Shown here piece after piece: positions 37,619-51,220 of a stretch of 64,000 nt of DNA. The position numbers and the translations under genes were made by a program. This DNA comes from Lama guanicoe (Eukaryota): assembly GCA_013239625.1 (NCBI GenBank), contig MU056303.1, forward strand, positions 2,853,734 to 2,917,733. Direction: 5' to 3'. The notes below the pieces were generated by a model that did not search any database, was not told where the DNA came from, and saw only the letters and a list, made by a program, of their open reading frames with translations. Every line of letters begins with the position of its first letter. Within the stretch, counting starts at the first letter, position 1.

Positions 37619-38030
37619 TACTTCAAAATAAGGCTTGAGGAAAAATATAACTTTGGAAGAGTCACACACTGTTCAAACCAAGCCTTATTCTACTAAAATA
37701 AGTACAGACTATTGGATTTCAAGAAAGGACAGACTGAAGTCAACTTTGTTGGTTGATTTCAAGCTACTAGTGGCATAAACATGAGCGCACTGAAGAGACA
37801 CACATATTGACAATGAAAGTGAATGCCAATTTTCGTTATTCTTCTTTGACATTTTCTAATGGTAAACAGACCGTTGTCAATGATTACAAAGAAGGTTATA
37901 ATCAAAATATGGCAACAACAATGAAATGTGTTGTCATGTTACAGTTGATTAGGTGAAACACTGGATTTAAGAATAAGTTTTTACACAGAATATGCTATCT
38001 GTGAAATAGGCCATTAATTAAGAAATGATT

Positions 38031-38054
38031 TGTGTGTGTGTGTGTGTGTGTGTG
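38031..38054 (+). repeat. (TG)12 microsatellite
   Basis: Direct reading. Confidence 0.95.
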
Positions 38055-39366
38055 TCAAGTCCATCCATTTACCCACAATGAGAACAGAACAACTATGTTT
38101 AAGACTTGTTGGTTGTGGACCATTTTTCATATCATGTGATCGCAGAAACTCTGTTGGGGTGTGGGCAATGGTTCTAGAAAGTTACCCTCACTGGTGTACC
38201 TTTAGGTAAGTTTACACTTTCTGCCATTCCTGGTTTGATTTCGTTTAAAACTTATTTTATAATTTTTCAGGAAATACACTTAGAGTAGAAAATTCAGTAA
38301 AAGAAGCAAAGATGGGAAAACGATTTACTTAGTTGCTTTAATGAACAAATAATATTTACAATCTAGGCTAAATTTCAGAAGTCCTTTATAGGGAAACATT
38401 ACAATTATTAACAAAGTACAAAATAAAATATTCATCTTGTTTGTCTTAATGAATATGAGAGACATGTGTCTTCAGAATCATCCTAAAGGAAACAGGAGAG
38501 TGTTAAGCGTCTGATGGTGGGTTCAGGAGGCTTTTTTCTACAGTCAACGATCTGCTCCTTGGGAACATTTTGGTTGTTTTCCCACACATTCTCCTTAATC
38601 ACAAACAAAAGAGCACAGCAGAAGCGACCACCTGAACTTTGTGATTAGATAGACTTTTCCTGAAGGGTTGCTTCTGAAAAAAAAAATACTTGTAATGGTT
38701 ACAGTAACTTGTGGATAGTTTTAACTACATGTTTCCTTCCATCAGCCCTCATCTCTAGAGATCTGCTTAATTTATAGTGGAACTGAAGTGAACTTGCAGA
38801 TACATTGCAACTAGAAACTTTCACTCACACTCCTATCATATTCGCCAAGAAAACATAAGAAACTGGAACTTTTCCTGTTTTCAACTCATTACATTGAAAA
38901 CGCACCTTGGTCTTCAGCGCAAAGGGAGTGTTAAATTCAGATCGCTACATGTGTGCGTCCTATAAGCATGTTTAAAGATACACATTTGGTACCTTATTGT
39001 TGTTTTTATACAAACAGAAAATCCAATTATCTCACCTATTACACTGTGCTGTATTTATTGTCCTTGAACCCTTTCTTTAAAACCCTTAAACGACTCCCGG
39101 TGCTTACCTGCTAAGTCTGTTAATGTTTTCTCATGTCAGATGGACAGGGATAATAAGAAAGCCAGCATCTATGCTAATACAAATTCCTCTCTCTAGCTTT
39201 CTTCACATTTAACATCAAACGTAAAAGCACACAGTGCACACTTGTGAATGTATAGAATGAACTTGGTTTTTTACAGAAGTTGAACATAATGAACAAGTGA
39301 AAACCCCAAAGTTAATATCCAGCCCAAAACGCTCTCACAAGATCAGGCCAACTACATATTTATTAC

Positions 39367-39374
39367 ATATATAC

Positions 39375-39439
<65 letters not shown>
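39367..39439 (+). repeat. Compound microsatellite (TA)n(TG)11(TA)16
   Basis: Direct reading. Confidence 0.95.
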
Positions 39440-39444
<5 letters not shown>

Positions 39445-39825
39445 AATTGCATCATGTTCCCAAAATAGTTATCAAGGCAAGTAGGAGGGTTCAAGTGAGG
39501 AACTCCAGATAATCTTATTTATATTAGCTCATATGACTTCTTATTTTGCTTAGAATTCAAGTAGTTGGTTACACAATAAGAATTGTAGGCTTGATAACAA
39601 AGAAAAGGTAAAGACAAATTCTTTTAAATTTGTTTCTATTTTTTTTCCTATTTAAAAAAATTTTTTGGCGTGGCTTGTAATATTACATACCTGTGTTTTG
39701 CTTAAGGATCATTTCAATACTTGTGTCTAAACCTATAAACTTTCTAGTAAATCTTGATCATTTGCGGAGGTACAAGAGTCTAGAACTGGCATTGTATGAT
39801 GCTTTATCGATAGTGTTGACCTTAC

Positions 39826-40068
39826 CAGCAAAATGAGCTTATTTACTGCAAGACACGTCAGGACAAGCAGACTGGTGAACACAGGCGAGTCTGAACAACA
39901 GAGGTTGGGCGGCTTGCCCGTCCAGAAAAGAGGAAGCTTGGGGTGTGTCTGAGTCCAGGGTGGTGATGGCTTCTCGTCGAGTTGGCTGTGCTGGGCAAGA
40001 AGCAGCCCTTCCTCCCTTCTGCTGGGGTCTGAGGTGGTGCGTGAGATGCCCCCTTCAGGGCTTCCAGT
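39826..40068 (-). CDS. Candidate 243-nt exon (B), phase 0 to 0
   Basis: ttttttaacttcatttag | TGSPEGGISRTTSDPSRREEGLLLAQHSQLDEKPSPPWTQTHPKLPLFWTGKPPNLCCSDSPVFTSLLVLTCLAVNKLILL | gtaagg. GC-richer than its flanks; only this frame is open throughout. Confidence 0.25.
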
Positions 40069-43000
40069 CTAAATGAAGTTAAAAAACTAAATCATACTAT
40101 GATGTTACATGTGCTGACACAGAATGCTAATTTGATTCATTTGTTTTTGTCTAAATGGGTCAAACTCTAGAACTTCTAATAGTAAAAAATATTTGCCAGT
40201 CAGGTCTTTAATTAATGAGATTTCAGACCACTTAAGCTTATAAAATTGAAGAACCAAACTTAAAATGGACTAACTGAACTTCTTTTTTGACTAGGATAGT
40301 AGTAGCATGGTTTAAAAGAGCAGACATCCAAAACGAAAAACTCTTTTCATATTTCACTCTGAGGAATTTTGGCTTTTATATGTATATTGCCTTTTTTTTT
40401 TTGCCCACATGTATAAATTTTAGGAGAAAAGGATGCTGAATTTGTGGGTGTGTTTGTATATAATGATGTCATTATAGCCTGTATAGAGTAGGTTTTAATA
40501 TATAATAAAAAATAGTCAAATATGTGGAATTTTAAGTTCTCCTATAAAAATACAGAGAACTGTAAACTGCTTTGCCTTTTTGAGGCAACATCCACACGTA
40601 ACCTGTAAGGTGTTTGAGAATCAATTTCCTTGTCTCCCTTCTTTCCTCCTTCACGCCTTTCCTTTCTTCTTCTCTTTTTCTTTCCTTCCTCTTCCCTTCC
40701 TTTCCCTCCCCTGTGCTCCCACCGAGACTGTACGCTGCAAATGTTGCTCTATCTGGCCATGGACTGGATCTAATTTATACATTTAGGTAGTCTCAAACAC
40801 ACATCAATTATTTTTTAACGTAGTTTTGTCTATAGAGAGAAACAAGATTCTTTTCCGACGTATAAAACTGGAATCAAATTGACAAAAACCTCTTGGTTGC
40901 CAGCTCTACGCTTTCATTCCACTGGCCATTGGAAAAACCAGTTAACACTAATCAAAGCCTTTGAGATCCGTGTGTGAAATATGTGATCTCGAATATTTGT
41001 CCCTGCCAGTTACAAAAGGATTCTGACCTGTGTCTTCTTTAAAGAGTAAAAATGCAAAGTTAAAAGGAGATAAGTAGTTGAAGTTGGATGATGTTATCAA
41101 AGTAGGTCATGGAACTAAATTCTTCAGGAAGAAAATGAACACGTAAAGGAGTCCATTCTGACTTCTGTACAGTTAATTACCAAATTGCTGTTTTCCATTC
41201 TGCCTTCAAATGTGGACTAATTCTGACCTCCTTCAGGAATTGTTCAGATTCTTATTCTAAGAACATTTAAAAGGCATGATTTTATTTAGTTACTGAAGGA
41301 CAGCTCTCAGTCAGGATTTTGCAACACTGCGAAGGAATATTTATTATTTTTTAGATGAATGAAATAATTTTAATTGAAATCAAAGTAATCGAGGCAAAAA
41401 GCAGGGAGCTTTTCTGCATGAGGTAAGGTCACTGGAAATAAGAGACCTTGTGGGTCTTATTACGACCGCATTAAGCCATTGTAAAGGTTTTCCTTGGCTT
41501 CGAGTGTAAAGGCTATGTGGTCTACTGAAAAGCAGCCGAGGCGTCCTGCTTGCTAAGTTATGATGTACCCACTTCAAAGCCATGTTCTGAGGACAAGTAA
41601 TAAAACTAGTTTTGTTAATGTATTTTTTTAAAAAACATTCTGAGGTTCAACGCTATATTCAGTATTAATTGTTTTCTCGCCAAACAATGTATTTAAGTAA
41701 GCTGGGGTAGTTTTCTGGCTTCTGCAGCTCTGGAGAAATGACAAGCAGGGGTTTCAGAAGTTCTGAGGATACATTTTGATATTTTAATAGGACTCTTGCC
41801 AGGTATGATCAGACACTCAATAAATAATTGACTCCAATTGTTTGGGTATTTTCATTGGGGCGCGCCTAACATCGATTTCTTTTTGTTTGGACTTTTGAAA
41901 ATTCCTGGAAAGTCTTCATTAAGTAGAAAACAAAACAAATCAGAAGGCCCTGCAAGGAATAAATAACAAAATTGACTTTGGGGCCATGGAGCTTGACTTA
42001 GCAGCCTGTGTTCCAGCCTCCATAACAAAACCTCTCCCCTAATGTGAAGCAGCTGGAGCAATCACCCAAAATGGTCCGAACTGTTGAAAAGCCATTAAGA
42101 GTCTGATGTATGTAGAATAAAAAGGTTCATTCAGCTTTTTAAAAGGTTTCCCAATATGGAGTGTTATTTTATTTTATAACCACGTCTTAGTCATATTAAG
42201 TTTAAACGCCACAGAAAATTTTAATGACCATGTGGCTGGCTTTTTTTTTTTTTCTTTTTCGGTGAAACAGCAAGAAATCTTCCACATGCTTAAAATTCTT
42301 TTAGGAAAAAAATGGCCCAAATGTACTAGAGACACTGTACATGTTCCCACTCTGAAGGGCACGGTCAGAATATGAAGCATCACATAAGGATGAGTTACCA
42401 TTTGTTTATAGGGGCACCGAAATAAATTAGAATCAATTTCTTTAATCTTGGGGCACACAGAGGCTTTTGGAAATAATGAAAACCACTTGCTTTCCCGGCT
42501 CTTTCGTTAAGTCTGAGCCTCCCATTATCTACTGTATATTTGAAAATTTATTTTTCATAGATTGCATGATTTTTTTAACCCAAGTTTTGAATCTTTTCCT
42601 AAGGATGCATGAAACATTATCCCTTCTATTTCCCCTCCCCTATCCCCCTCTGAAGGTGATAACTTGATTTTTTTTAATGCATCCATCTGCTTTATTTATC
42701 TTGATTTTTAGAAGGTCCATCTTTCTATCCTTCAAATTATTTCTAAGAGAAATGAGGCATCAGCATATTACAGTAGCCAGTAGTCTCCCTGACGTGAGGT
42801 AAACATTTTCGGTGGACTGTAATGGCACAGCTACAGGAGCTGTCAGTGTATTCCTCAGAAATTTGCTGTGCAGTTTCCTGTGTTACTTTATTTGGATGTG
42901 TGTACTGACATACGTAAGTTGGACCATCTTCATCACACCTGGAGAGGTGACGGGAGCACTGAAGCCAGACACACCAGTGACGGGATGGTTCCAACCCGAT

Positions 43001-43169
43001 GAATGTCATTGCTCTGCTATGTTCATCTAAGACCAGTCTCAGTGGAAACCCTGACTCACAAGGAATAGGACTGGCCATCTTCCATGACACAAATGAGCCC
43101 AGGAGTTGGGAGCCTAGGGTCTGATCAGTTGGCAAGAATATTCAAGAACTTTGGTTCTCTGAGGACTCC

Positions 43170-43460
43170 ATCAGCCCTACTCAGTTCAAGGCATTTTGCT
43201 AGATGTTGCAAGGGAGATAACAGTGATATAAGATTGCCCTTGACTTCAAAGGGCTTACTTCTTGTTGGAAAGAAGAGATGTACACTATTTTTTTTTATTA
43301 CAAGATAGCGCTGTCCTCTTTGCAGCCATGTTCTCCTGGTGCGTGGTGCTGGTTCAGTGCCTTGAGGGTAGGGTGAGTTCCTGTGGGTAGCAGAGGTTTT
43401 CCAAATGCCTCACTGGGCAGGTTAGATTTGAGAAAGACTGATGGTGGGGGGTGGTTTTTC
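43170..43460 (-). mobile_element. L2 3' fragment
   Basis: caaggcattttgctagatgttg...cccttgacttcaaagggcttac pattern. Confidence 0.55.
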
Positions 43461-43559
43461 AAGACCAAGTAGTAAACCAGAGAAACAAAAACTAGTGCAT
43501 CCTGGATTGGAAACAGTGAAAGGGAAGTTTGGAGAAGTCAGTAGAAGTCACTTTCTAGT

Positions 43560-44495
43560 CTCTTCATGCATCTTCAATGACAAACAATAAGAACAATCCA
43601 GATGAGCTACAAACTCATTGCTTATCTATTTTTCAAAACTCACCAGACAGCTGAGGCCTCAAAGAAACTGAAATGAAGTCATTTCTAGAGAGTCACAAGC
43701 CCTTTCTAAGAGAGAAGGGACCCATGGTTGCTTTCAGAAGCAAACACACCATGGACTGGGGTGAGTAGAAGTCAGTTCAACATTTAATGGACTTTTAATA
43801 GCCTCCTGTGGGCTGGTGTGATGGATCAGAACTCCAAGGAGCCTTGTCCCAAAGTGAGTCTACACCCACCTGCATATACTGTGCATGGCTATTGAGCCAA
43901 AGACTGGGACAGGGCAGGGGGCTGACAGAGGTGTCCCACCTGTCCCCATCTTGTGCACCAAACTTTCCCCAGTGCTTCTCAGCCAGCTTTCGCCTAGTAC
44001 ATAGCAGTGACTCACTGAGGGTGGGGACAGGACAGCAGGATGGAGGTCAACTTCACGCAATTTGGAAATCTGAGGACTGAGCTATAAAGCAGACGAAGGT
44101 CTCAGTGCTGCCCTGGTGCTCGTACACCAAGTCCTGCTGAAGAGATGAACTGGATCTAACTGAGGCTACCACAAAGTCCAGAACTGGCTCAACCACAGAT
44201 TAAATTGGCTTGGTCCCCCCACCTCATCCCATGGTACAGACCTGACAGAAAAACAGGCATGCCCTTTTCTGAGGGTAAAGAATATTATTTATTTCAGGCT
44301 CCTTTTTTTTTTTAAAAGACACAATGTCTTGCATACAAGTAAATATTACAAGACACCTGAAGGACTAGGAAAACATGATCCATAATCAAGAGAAAAAATA
44401 ACCAACAGAAACTAACCCACAGATGGCCCAGATGTTGGAATCAGAAGACGAAGACTTTCTAACAGCTGTGATGAATACATTAAAAAATCTTGTGG
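43560..44495 (+). mobile_element. Old L1 (L1ME-type) 5' UTR / ORF1-start fragment
   Basis: aatattacaagacac...aaaacatgatccataatcaagagaaaaaataaccaacagaaactaacccacagatggcccagatgttggaatcagaagacgaagacttt...acagct is typical of the ORF1 start of old L1M elements. Confidence 0.75.
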
Positions 44496-45766
44496 AAGAG
44501 GTGGACAGAGTGGCCAGGGAGAGTGATATATAGGAAGGAGTAAAGAGAAACAGGAAGGGCTCATGTCCTTAATGATACACTTTGAACTTATTTGCCAACA
44601 AAGAAGAAATAATTGCAAATCAGTTTGGTGAAAGAACTGAGACTTGGAGAATTTGAATAAACTTGCACAGAGCTTTCAGAACTGAGACAGGCTGCTAGGA
44701 CAGTTTACTCCAATGTCTGTGATTTTTTTTCCCCATCACTTTGTCGTATTTTAACTGTCTTGAATATTTTGGATCATATATCATAGTCTCCTTTTTTCCC
44801 TTTATTGGTATTATATTAAACTCAACTAATGTTAAGAAAAAAATATAAACTAGGCAAAATGAAGTCAAAGACGTTAGCAATTTTTCTTATAGGCAATTTC
44901 GTGGTCTGAAAACTAGTGATATCATTTATATCCATTAATTGCAATTTTATGCATAATTCTAATCATTTGATCTGTCAGACTACTTTCCAATGAATCTCTG
45001 GGTCATTAAAATTCATCAATAGCTACTTGGTTCCATATCTGCTTCCTAATACTTGTATTAAAAATATACATTTTTTTTATCAAACTAAAGATTATTTAAA
45101 AAATGACCACTGGATAAAGGAAGAGTTCAGATTGCAAGTAGGGGTTTTCTTTTTAATAGAATCATGCTTTTTTTGAGGAAGTTTAATATGTTACCATTTT
45201 GTGAATGGATTGGTGTGGGAAGATTAGTCAGATTACTTACACAATTGGCCAAGCCACTGGTGAAATAAATTTGATTATAGTGGTTGAAGTGGGAATGAAA
45301 AAGAAGGGTATATTTTGGAGATCAAGGAATAGTAAAAATAGACTAGATAACTGAACCTGGGCTTAGATGGGGAAAGTGTCAAAACTGATCAATCCTGAGG
45401 AGACTCAAAAAATAATTGTAACTATGGGTTCAATGAGTAATGACCAGAGCAGAGAAACCATCACAAGTTTGAGTCATTAAAAAAGGGAGGGACATGTCTT
45501 TAAAAGAAAATATCAGAGAATCTCATAATTCAGAGGAATTGTCTTTGTGAAATGAAAAATCCACTACAAGGTACCCTGATGGAAAAAGAGCAGAGATAAA
45601 TATTCATTTAATGTGTGGTAGCTCCAACATGGTCTTTGTTGTTTTATTTTTTCTCCATAATCTGCTTTTTGATGAAATTGTTGATTTACGTACAGGAAGG
45701 TTAAGATGAGATGTTTTTGCTTTGCATCACACTTGTTTACTTGCTACAGCTATTTCTTTCCCCAGA

Positions 45767-45770
<4 letters not shown>

Positions 45771-45800
<30 letters not shown>
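45771..45800 (+). repeat. (CA)15 microsatellite
   Basis: Direct reading. Confidence 0.95.
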
Positions 45801-45804
<4 letters not shown>

Positions 45805-46069
45805 TTAGGGAATATTTTATAATCCTTTGTATTTACAGCCACCATTATTGTTAGAGGGTAGACAGCAAAATTACATTAATTAATGCATTCATTTGGTTGA
45901 CCAGAAGCCTTATTTCTAGGTGCCACTAAAAATGACAAAGATGACTAAGACACAGTACTGCCTGCAAGTTACTCATGATCTACTAATTGTTAACGTCTGT
46001 GACAGGTAGAGAACCAAGACATGGCTAATTTTTGACAATGTCATGGTATTTGTCTTCTTAAGTGCCTAT

Positions 46070-46175
46070 GTGATTTTTCTTTGATTAGATGAAATAAGAT
46101 AATGCATGTGAAGTCATTAGCATAGTGCTTGGCACACAGTAAGCCTGTAATAATTGTTAGTTATTCTATTATTTT
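46070..46175 (+). mobile_element. MIR 3' fragment
   Basis: aaataagataatgcatgtgaag...ttagcatagtgcttggcacacagtaagc. Confidence 0.75.
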
Positions 46176-46702
46176 AATCATTATTGAATTATAAAACTAA
46201 AGTATAGAGATGCTCTGAAGTTCTTTGACAACTATTCAGCTATCATTTTCATCACTTTCTAAAATGGCAAATGAGGGGCCCTGAAACTCAAGCTTTATTG
46301 GGTTCATCATAAATTAGCTTTTGCTCCATCAGTAATTAAAAGTGTTTTCAGAAGTAAGATGATCAATTTGTTTTTTTGCTCTGTCAACAATTTCCCAGTG
46401 TTTCAGTGCCTCTCTCCAGCTTTCTATCTCATCACTCCATCTCATGAGATGAGAATGTGAGAAATACAGCTTCTATTGAGTATAAATACATTAGGTCTGT
46501 TGGAAACAAAGGTAGAATAAAAGAAATAGGAAGTAACATATCTTAAATTTCTTTTGGGGTAGTTACATAATTTCTGTAGGTCTACCATGAGATTCCCTTT
46601 CAGTTTACCTCCTTGTAAAAATTCTATTCACAGAGTCAAGCACCTATTTTCTTGGCAAGTTATTTCTATCATAACTCTTTTGTAGCACCATCAGCATCTT
46701 AC

Positions 46703-47020
46703 CTTTGGTGGGAATGGGGCCATATAGGATATAAGTGACTTGATCGTAGTCTTCCGAAAAGTCCATGGATTTCTAAAGCCCACCAGACACATTGAGCAAT
46801 GTCTGTCAGGCACTAAGTTTTCCCAAGTCACTAAGCTGGCTGTCACTTCCTTCTGTTTTTCTTCAATCTTCTTTACCTTCTCCATATCTTTCACCCCCTT
46901 TCCTGCCCCCTTCTGTTTGTCTTTAACATGGTCCCCCATGGATTCCTCTGGCAGCGTTGGTTTTTCTCCGCCGATAGACTTGTGTCTAGGTGACAAGTTG
47001 AGCCTTGTGTTCTTAAACAT
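46703..47020 (-). CDS. Candidate 318-nt exon (A), begins with ATG, ends phase 0
   Basis: ctctccttag | MFKNTRL...MAPFPPK (106 codons) AAG | gtaaga. The other two frames contain stops; the acceptor pyrimidine tract is short. Confidence 0.25.
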
Positions 47021-47681
47021 CTAAGGAGAGCTCTAATTGATTTAACCACTTGACTTTAAGCCACAGTTCAATTTTCAACTGATACGATGGCACCTTTTAT
47101 AAGGGAAGAAAATACGAGACCTACGAGTCAAATGGGAGATAGGGTAAGTGCCCCTATCTGACATCTTGATGAATATGAACTGAGGCAAGCTTGGTTTAGT
47201 GGTTCATAGGTTCACGTCAGCAGTGATAACAGTAGCCATTAGTGATGACACTGAAAACGTTGAGCCTTTAACTAGGATTTTCTCTGAAGTTCAAGGGACC
47301 TGCTACCAAAGTTCAGCTCTCAAATGAAATGAGAAATAAAAAGTAGAAAATGCTGAAACCCTCAAATGGATATAATTTCCTTATTGGCTATCATGCTTCC
47401 TAAAGCTCTCAGGTCATTTTCCTTAGTTATGAAATTAGGCTACAGTGTGACAATTAAATAAAAGCCACCATTTTATTTTCAGAAAAGAGATCAGGGTACA
47501 TGTTGAGAAGATGGTAGTGCAGAAAGTAAAAAGATAATTAATTTTTCCTGGAACGGCACATGTAACAATTTCCAGGTAGCTGCTTTGTCTGGGTTTCCAA
47601 TGATCGTGCAAGGACCGCATTAGAGTCTAATTGTTAAAGGCGTTACTGTGTCCAGGACACAGCTGTTTTTCCATCAGTCTG

Positions 47682-47870
47682 CAGTGTTTCTCATGCAGTG
47701 GTCTTGTAACATCTGTATCAGGAACACCTGGGGAAATTATTAAACACGGACATTCCTGGGCTCCACCGCAGATCTACCAAGTCAGAATCTCTGGAGGTGA
47801 AGGCTGAGATTCCGCGTCTAATACCAGCTCTCCAGGTATTTGTTATAACCACGAAGTCTGAGGCTCAGTG
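47682..47870. mobile_element. MER5A/B hAT-Charlie MITE
   Basis: cagtgtttctca...cacctgggga...attcctgggctccacc...tcagaatctctgg...aagtctgaggctcagtg. Confidence 0.8.
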
Positions 47871-49734
47871 CCTTCCAAGTGCAGTTTTTAAATGGAAGAT
47901 TTATGAAACTTACTTTCTCACTCCTTTGAACTCAGGGGAAAACTGGAATTTTTTCTTTAAGCAAAGGAGTCATTAGTGAAGGTAAACTTTGGTAGCCCTA
48001 CCGTTTCCAGTGAAATGCTCAGCATGGTCATGGTGATGGTAAATCACCAGAGAGGAGAGTCACAGAAATGCTCCATTCCCCGCCAAACGCGGTCAACTCT
48101 GAGCAGACCTGGTGGGTTGCTTGTAACATAACAGAGAGTTTGAGGTCATTAGAGATGGCATTCTGAGCTCACAATGCTGATGACAGAAGCAGGTTTGGTG
48201 GCAAATTGCATGGTTAGGAGCTTACATAGACTATAATAAACTTCTCACTGGACAGATGGTGGTGCTTACACCTGACTGGGTAGACTAAGTCATTTGGCCT
48301 TGACAATCCAATGAAATGTGTGTCGACACAGGGATGTAACCAGGGGTCTGGTCCTAACTTGGTCAAGAGATGCTATTACGGGAGTTGAAAGGAGGCTTTG
48401 GAGTTTGGTCACACGGCCGCCTGAGTCAGCGGCCCTGCTCTTATAACCTCCATTTCGGCTCCCCAAGACTGAGCTCGGGCATTCCACTTATTTGCAGATC
48501 TGTCTGTATCTCACGTGAACTTGGCAGTAACTCTTGCGTTCCGCTGGCACCAGGGACAGGAGCACGATTCCATGCCCAGACCGTGGACTAACCCAGTTGC
48601 TTCCTCACAGGTTCTGTGCCAATGTGCCCGTGGAAGCAGCAGAGATGCCGCAGCGTGGCTTTGACAGCCTGTGAGGCCGAATTCTAGTCCTGTCACCGCA
48701 ATCTGCCTTCCGGAATAGGATCTTTCCTTTGTCGGAGTCTGAACTTCAGGTGAACGGTTATTAATATCCCTTTATTTTTTTCTGGAAACACTGGGGGTGG
48801 TCAAGATTCATGCTGGAATCTAGAAGGTGTTTAACCCGTTTGCTCACACGGGCTGTTTTTAAGTATGTTTAACAATGATCTTATAAATATTTAAATGAAA
48901 GCAAGGGCATGGGAACAAGGGGGCCTCCAATCACACCCAACCTTCCTCTTGCGAGCCAAGATTTATTTTTTAAAACAGTGAAATTTTTCAAATGCCAGTC
49001 ACTCATCTCATGGTCCTGGTATTCCAAGGAATTTTAGCGTTACACTCTGGCATCTCTGTAACATTTTGACATCTTCCATGCCTACAATATTTATTTCTCA
49101 TCACCTCCATATCAAAAATGAAAACTGGGTATTTGTTTTTGGAAAAATGACTATGGAGTTCATGTTTTTCACATATGATCTTCATATATTGTGGAAGTCT
49201 TCAAAATGTTTCTGGCTTTTCCTACATAAATAAGCCAAAAAATAAACCTATTAAAATAAACCTCCTCATCAAACATTATTCTATTGCTCTTTTATTCAAG
49301 GTTCTCCTGTAAAGAAAAAGATAGCTCTTTCACCAGCATATTCTTTCTAATCAGTTTTGTGCCAGGTTAAGCCCCATTGTAGTTACCAGAGCTTGCTTTC
49401 TGTGGCCTCCAAGGGAACCTCCAGTTTCATTTAATAGGGCATCTAAAGACATTATATCAAACTGGGACCCTCATTGAGTCTGATTCTAGAATTTCTTTCC
49501 CTTGTAATTTAAAGTCATTTGTTTGGTTGCAGGATAGGTTGACGTTTGAGAACCAGAGTTGGCTGTGGTCCCAGACATGTGGGTCCACTCCATGGTGGAC
49601 CTGGTTGAAACCACCTTTCCAATCTTCTATTTGCACAGAGGAGGAAGGCTATGTATGCTGTGAGAGATTCCATGGATTGTGAAAGGTCACAGTAAATTAC
49701 TGATGAAATAAGTAGAGTTCTTGGGACCCTTTGG

Positions 49735-49950
49735 GGAGGTAATGTGGACAGTGGTTGGGATCAGGGTATATGACAGGCCTTGTTTCAAAGCCCGATTTTC
49801 CCCGCTGTGTAGCAGTGGCCAATTTATTTAAGCTTTCTAAGTTCTCAATTCCCTGCCTTCAAAACACTGTTATTTTTATGATTAAATAAGATAATATTGC
49901 TGAGTGTTTAGCACAGTGCTCAACACATGGTAATTAAAGGCAAATATTAT
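49735..49950 (+). mobile_element. MIR SINE
   Basis: gattaaataagataat...ttagcacagtgctcaacacatggtaa. Confidence 0.7.
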
Positions 49951-49998
49951 ATTAAGCAACTTGTACCTTCAACTATGTCAACTTTTCTATATACTTTT

Positions 49999-50089
49999 TA
50001 AAAATTTTTGCATTCTTTTTTATTGAAGTCTAGTCAGTTGACAATGTTGTGTCAGTTTCTGGTGTACAGCATCATGTTTCAGTCATACC
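49999..50089 (-). mobile_element. ~90-bp 5'-truncated young L1 3' end
   Basis: tttattgaagtctagtcagttgacaatgttgtgtcagtttctggtgtacagc; 10-bp TSD atatactttt at 49989-49998 and 50090-50099. Confidence 0.85.
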
Positions 50090-50259
50090 ATATACTTTTA
50101 ATTTATAGACTTAACCTTTTAATTGACCAATTTAAGATTGGTAATCTCTGAGATGTGACAACGTATGTATTTCATTCACAGAGGCACGGATTCAATTTTG
50201 ATTAGTTATTAAAGTACTTATAATCAGTTTTCCAAAATTATGAATAATAGGTTGACAGA

Positions 50260-50390
50260 AGGGGTTTGAAATCACACAGTCTGGTGGAAATCCTGGCTCT
50301 TCTCTTCCTGGTTCTGTAACAGAGCTTCCCGGCCTCTCCAAGCTCAGGTGAGCATCTCTAAAGTGGGGGCAACAGTAACCACTTTGTGCG
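50260..50390 (+). mobile_element. MIR SINE fragment
   Basis: aaatcctggctct...cctctccaagctcag...catctctaaagtggggg. Confidence 0.55.
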
Positions 50391-50674
50391 TCTGCCAAGA
50401 AAACCAGAAAGTCTGTCCACTACCAAGCCAGTCCTCTGCAGCAAACTGCTTCATAAATGCTAGTTCCCCTTTCTCTTTTCTCCCACTTAAAACAATCCAG
50501 AAGTATTGCCTCACTTGGGAAGTGTTTTGCTTTTAAACTGAAGAATCTCTGGGTTCCTTCTCCTTTTTTCCATGTCAGCTACTGTGGGTGGTACCTGGTA
50601 CATCCAAGATGAGCAAGTGCTGCCTCTCCATCCTGAGAACCCACTGCAATGGCCCCAAAGCTATATATACATAA

Positions 50675-51220
50675 CACGGCATGTGCTCAGAAGACATGGA
50701 GCTGACAGGATAGGTGGGAACCAGATGACCAGATCCTGGGGAGGTGACCCTGAGCTGTAAAGTGAGAGATGCAGCGATAGACTGCCAACAAGCAAATAAG
50801 CAAGCGAGCAAATGTCAGGTAGCAAAGGTGTTTTGCAGGAATTAGAGCAAGGCGGTCCAGGGACAGGAGTTCCATTAGATTGGATGGTCAGTGAAGACCT
50901 CTTTAAGGAGGCGACTTCAACTGAACCAGAATGACAAGGGGAGACCAGCCCCCTGAGGTTTAGAGAAGGGGCTCAGACAGAGACGTCTACCGAGGCAAAG
51001 GCCCTGGGGTGGGAACAGGCTTGTCCCATCTGAGGGACGACAGGGTCAGTGCAACGGAAGTCAAGCCCCAGGGGCAGAGGGGCATGAGACGAAGTTCGAG
51101 GTGGAGGCAGGGACCAGGTTGTGAGGCTCCGCAGGTAAACAATTTACCTTTATTTTCTAAGAACAACTGGGAAGCCGCTGAAGAGTGTGGAGTGGTGGTT
51201 TGATGATTTCAAATCCACTT
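50675..51220 (-). mobile_element. L2 (L2a-like) fragment
   Basis: ggatggtcagtgaagacctct...ggcaaaggccctggggtgggaacaggcttg...tttattttctaag...tgggaagccgctgaagag. Confidence 0.8.
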
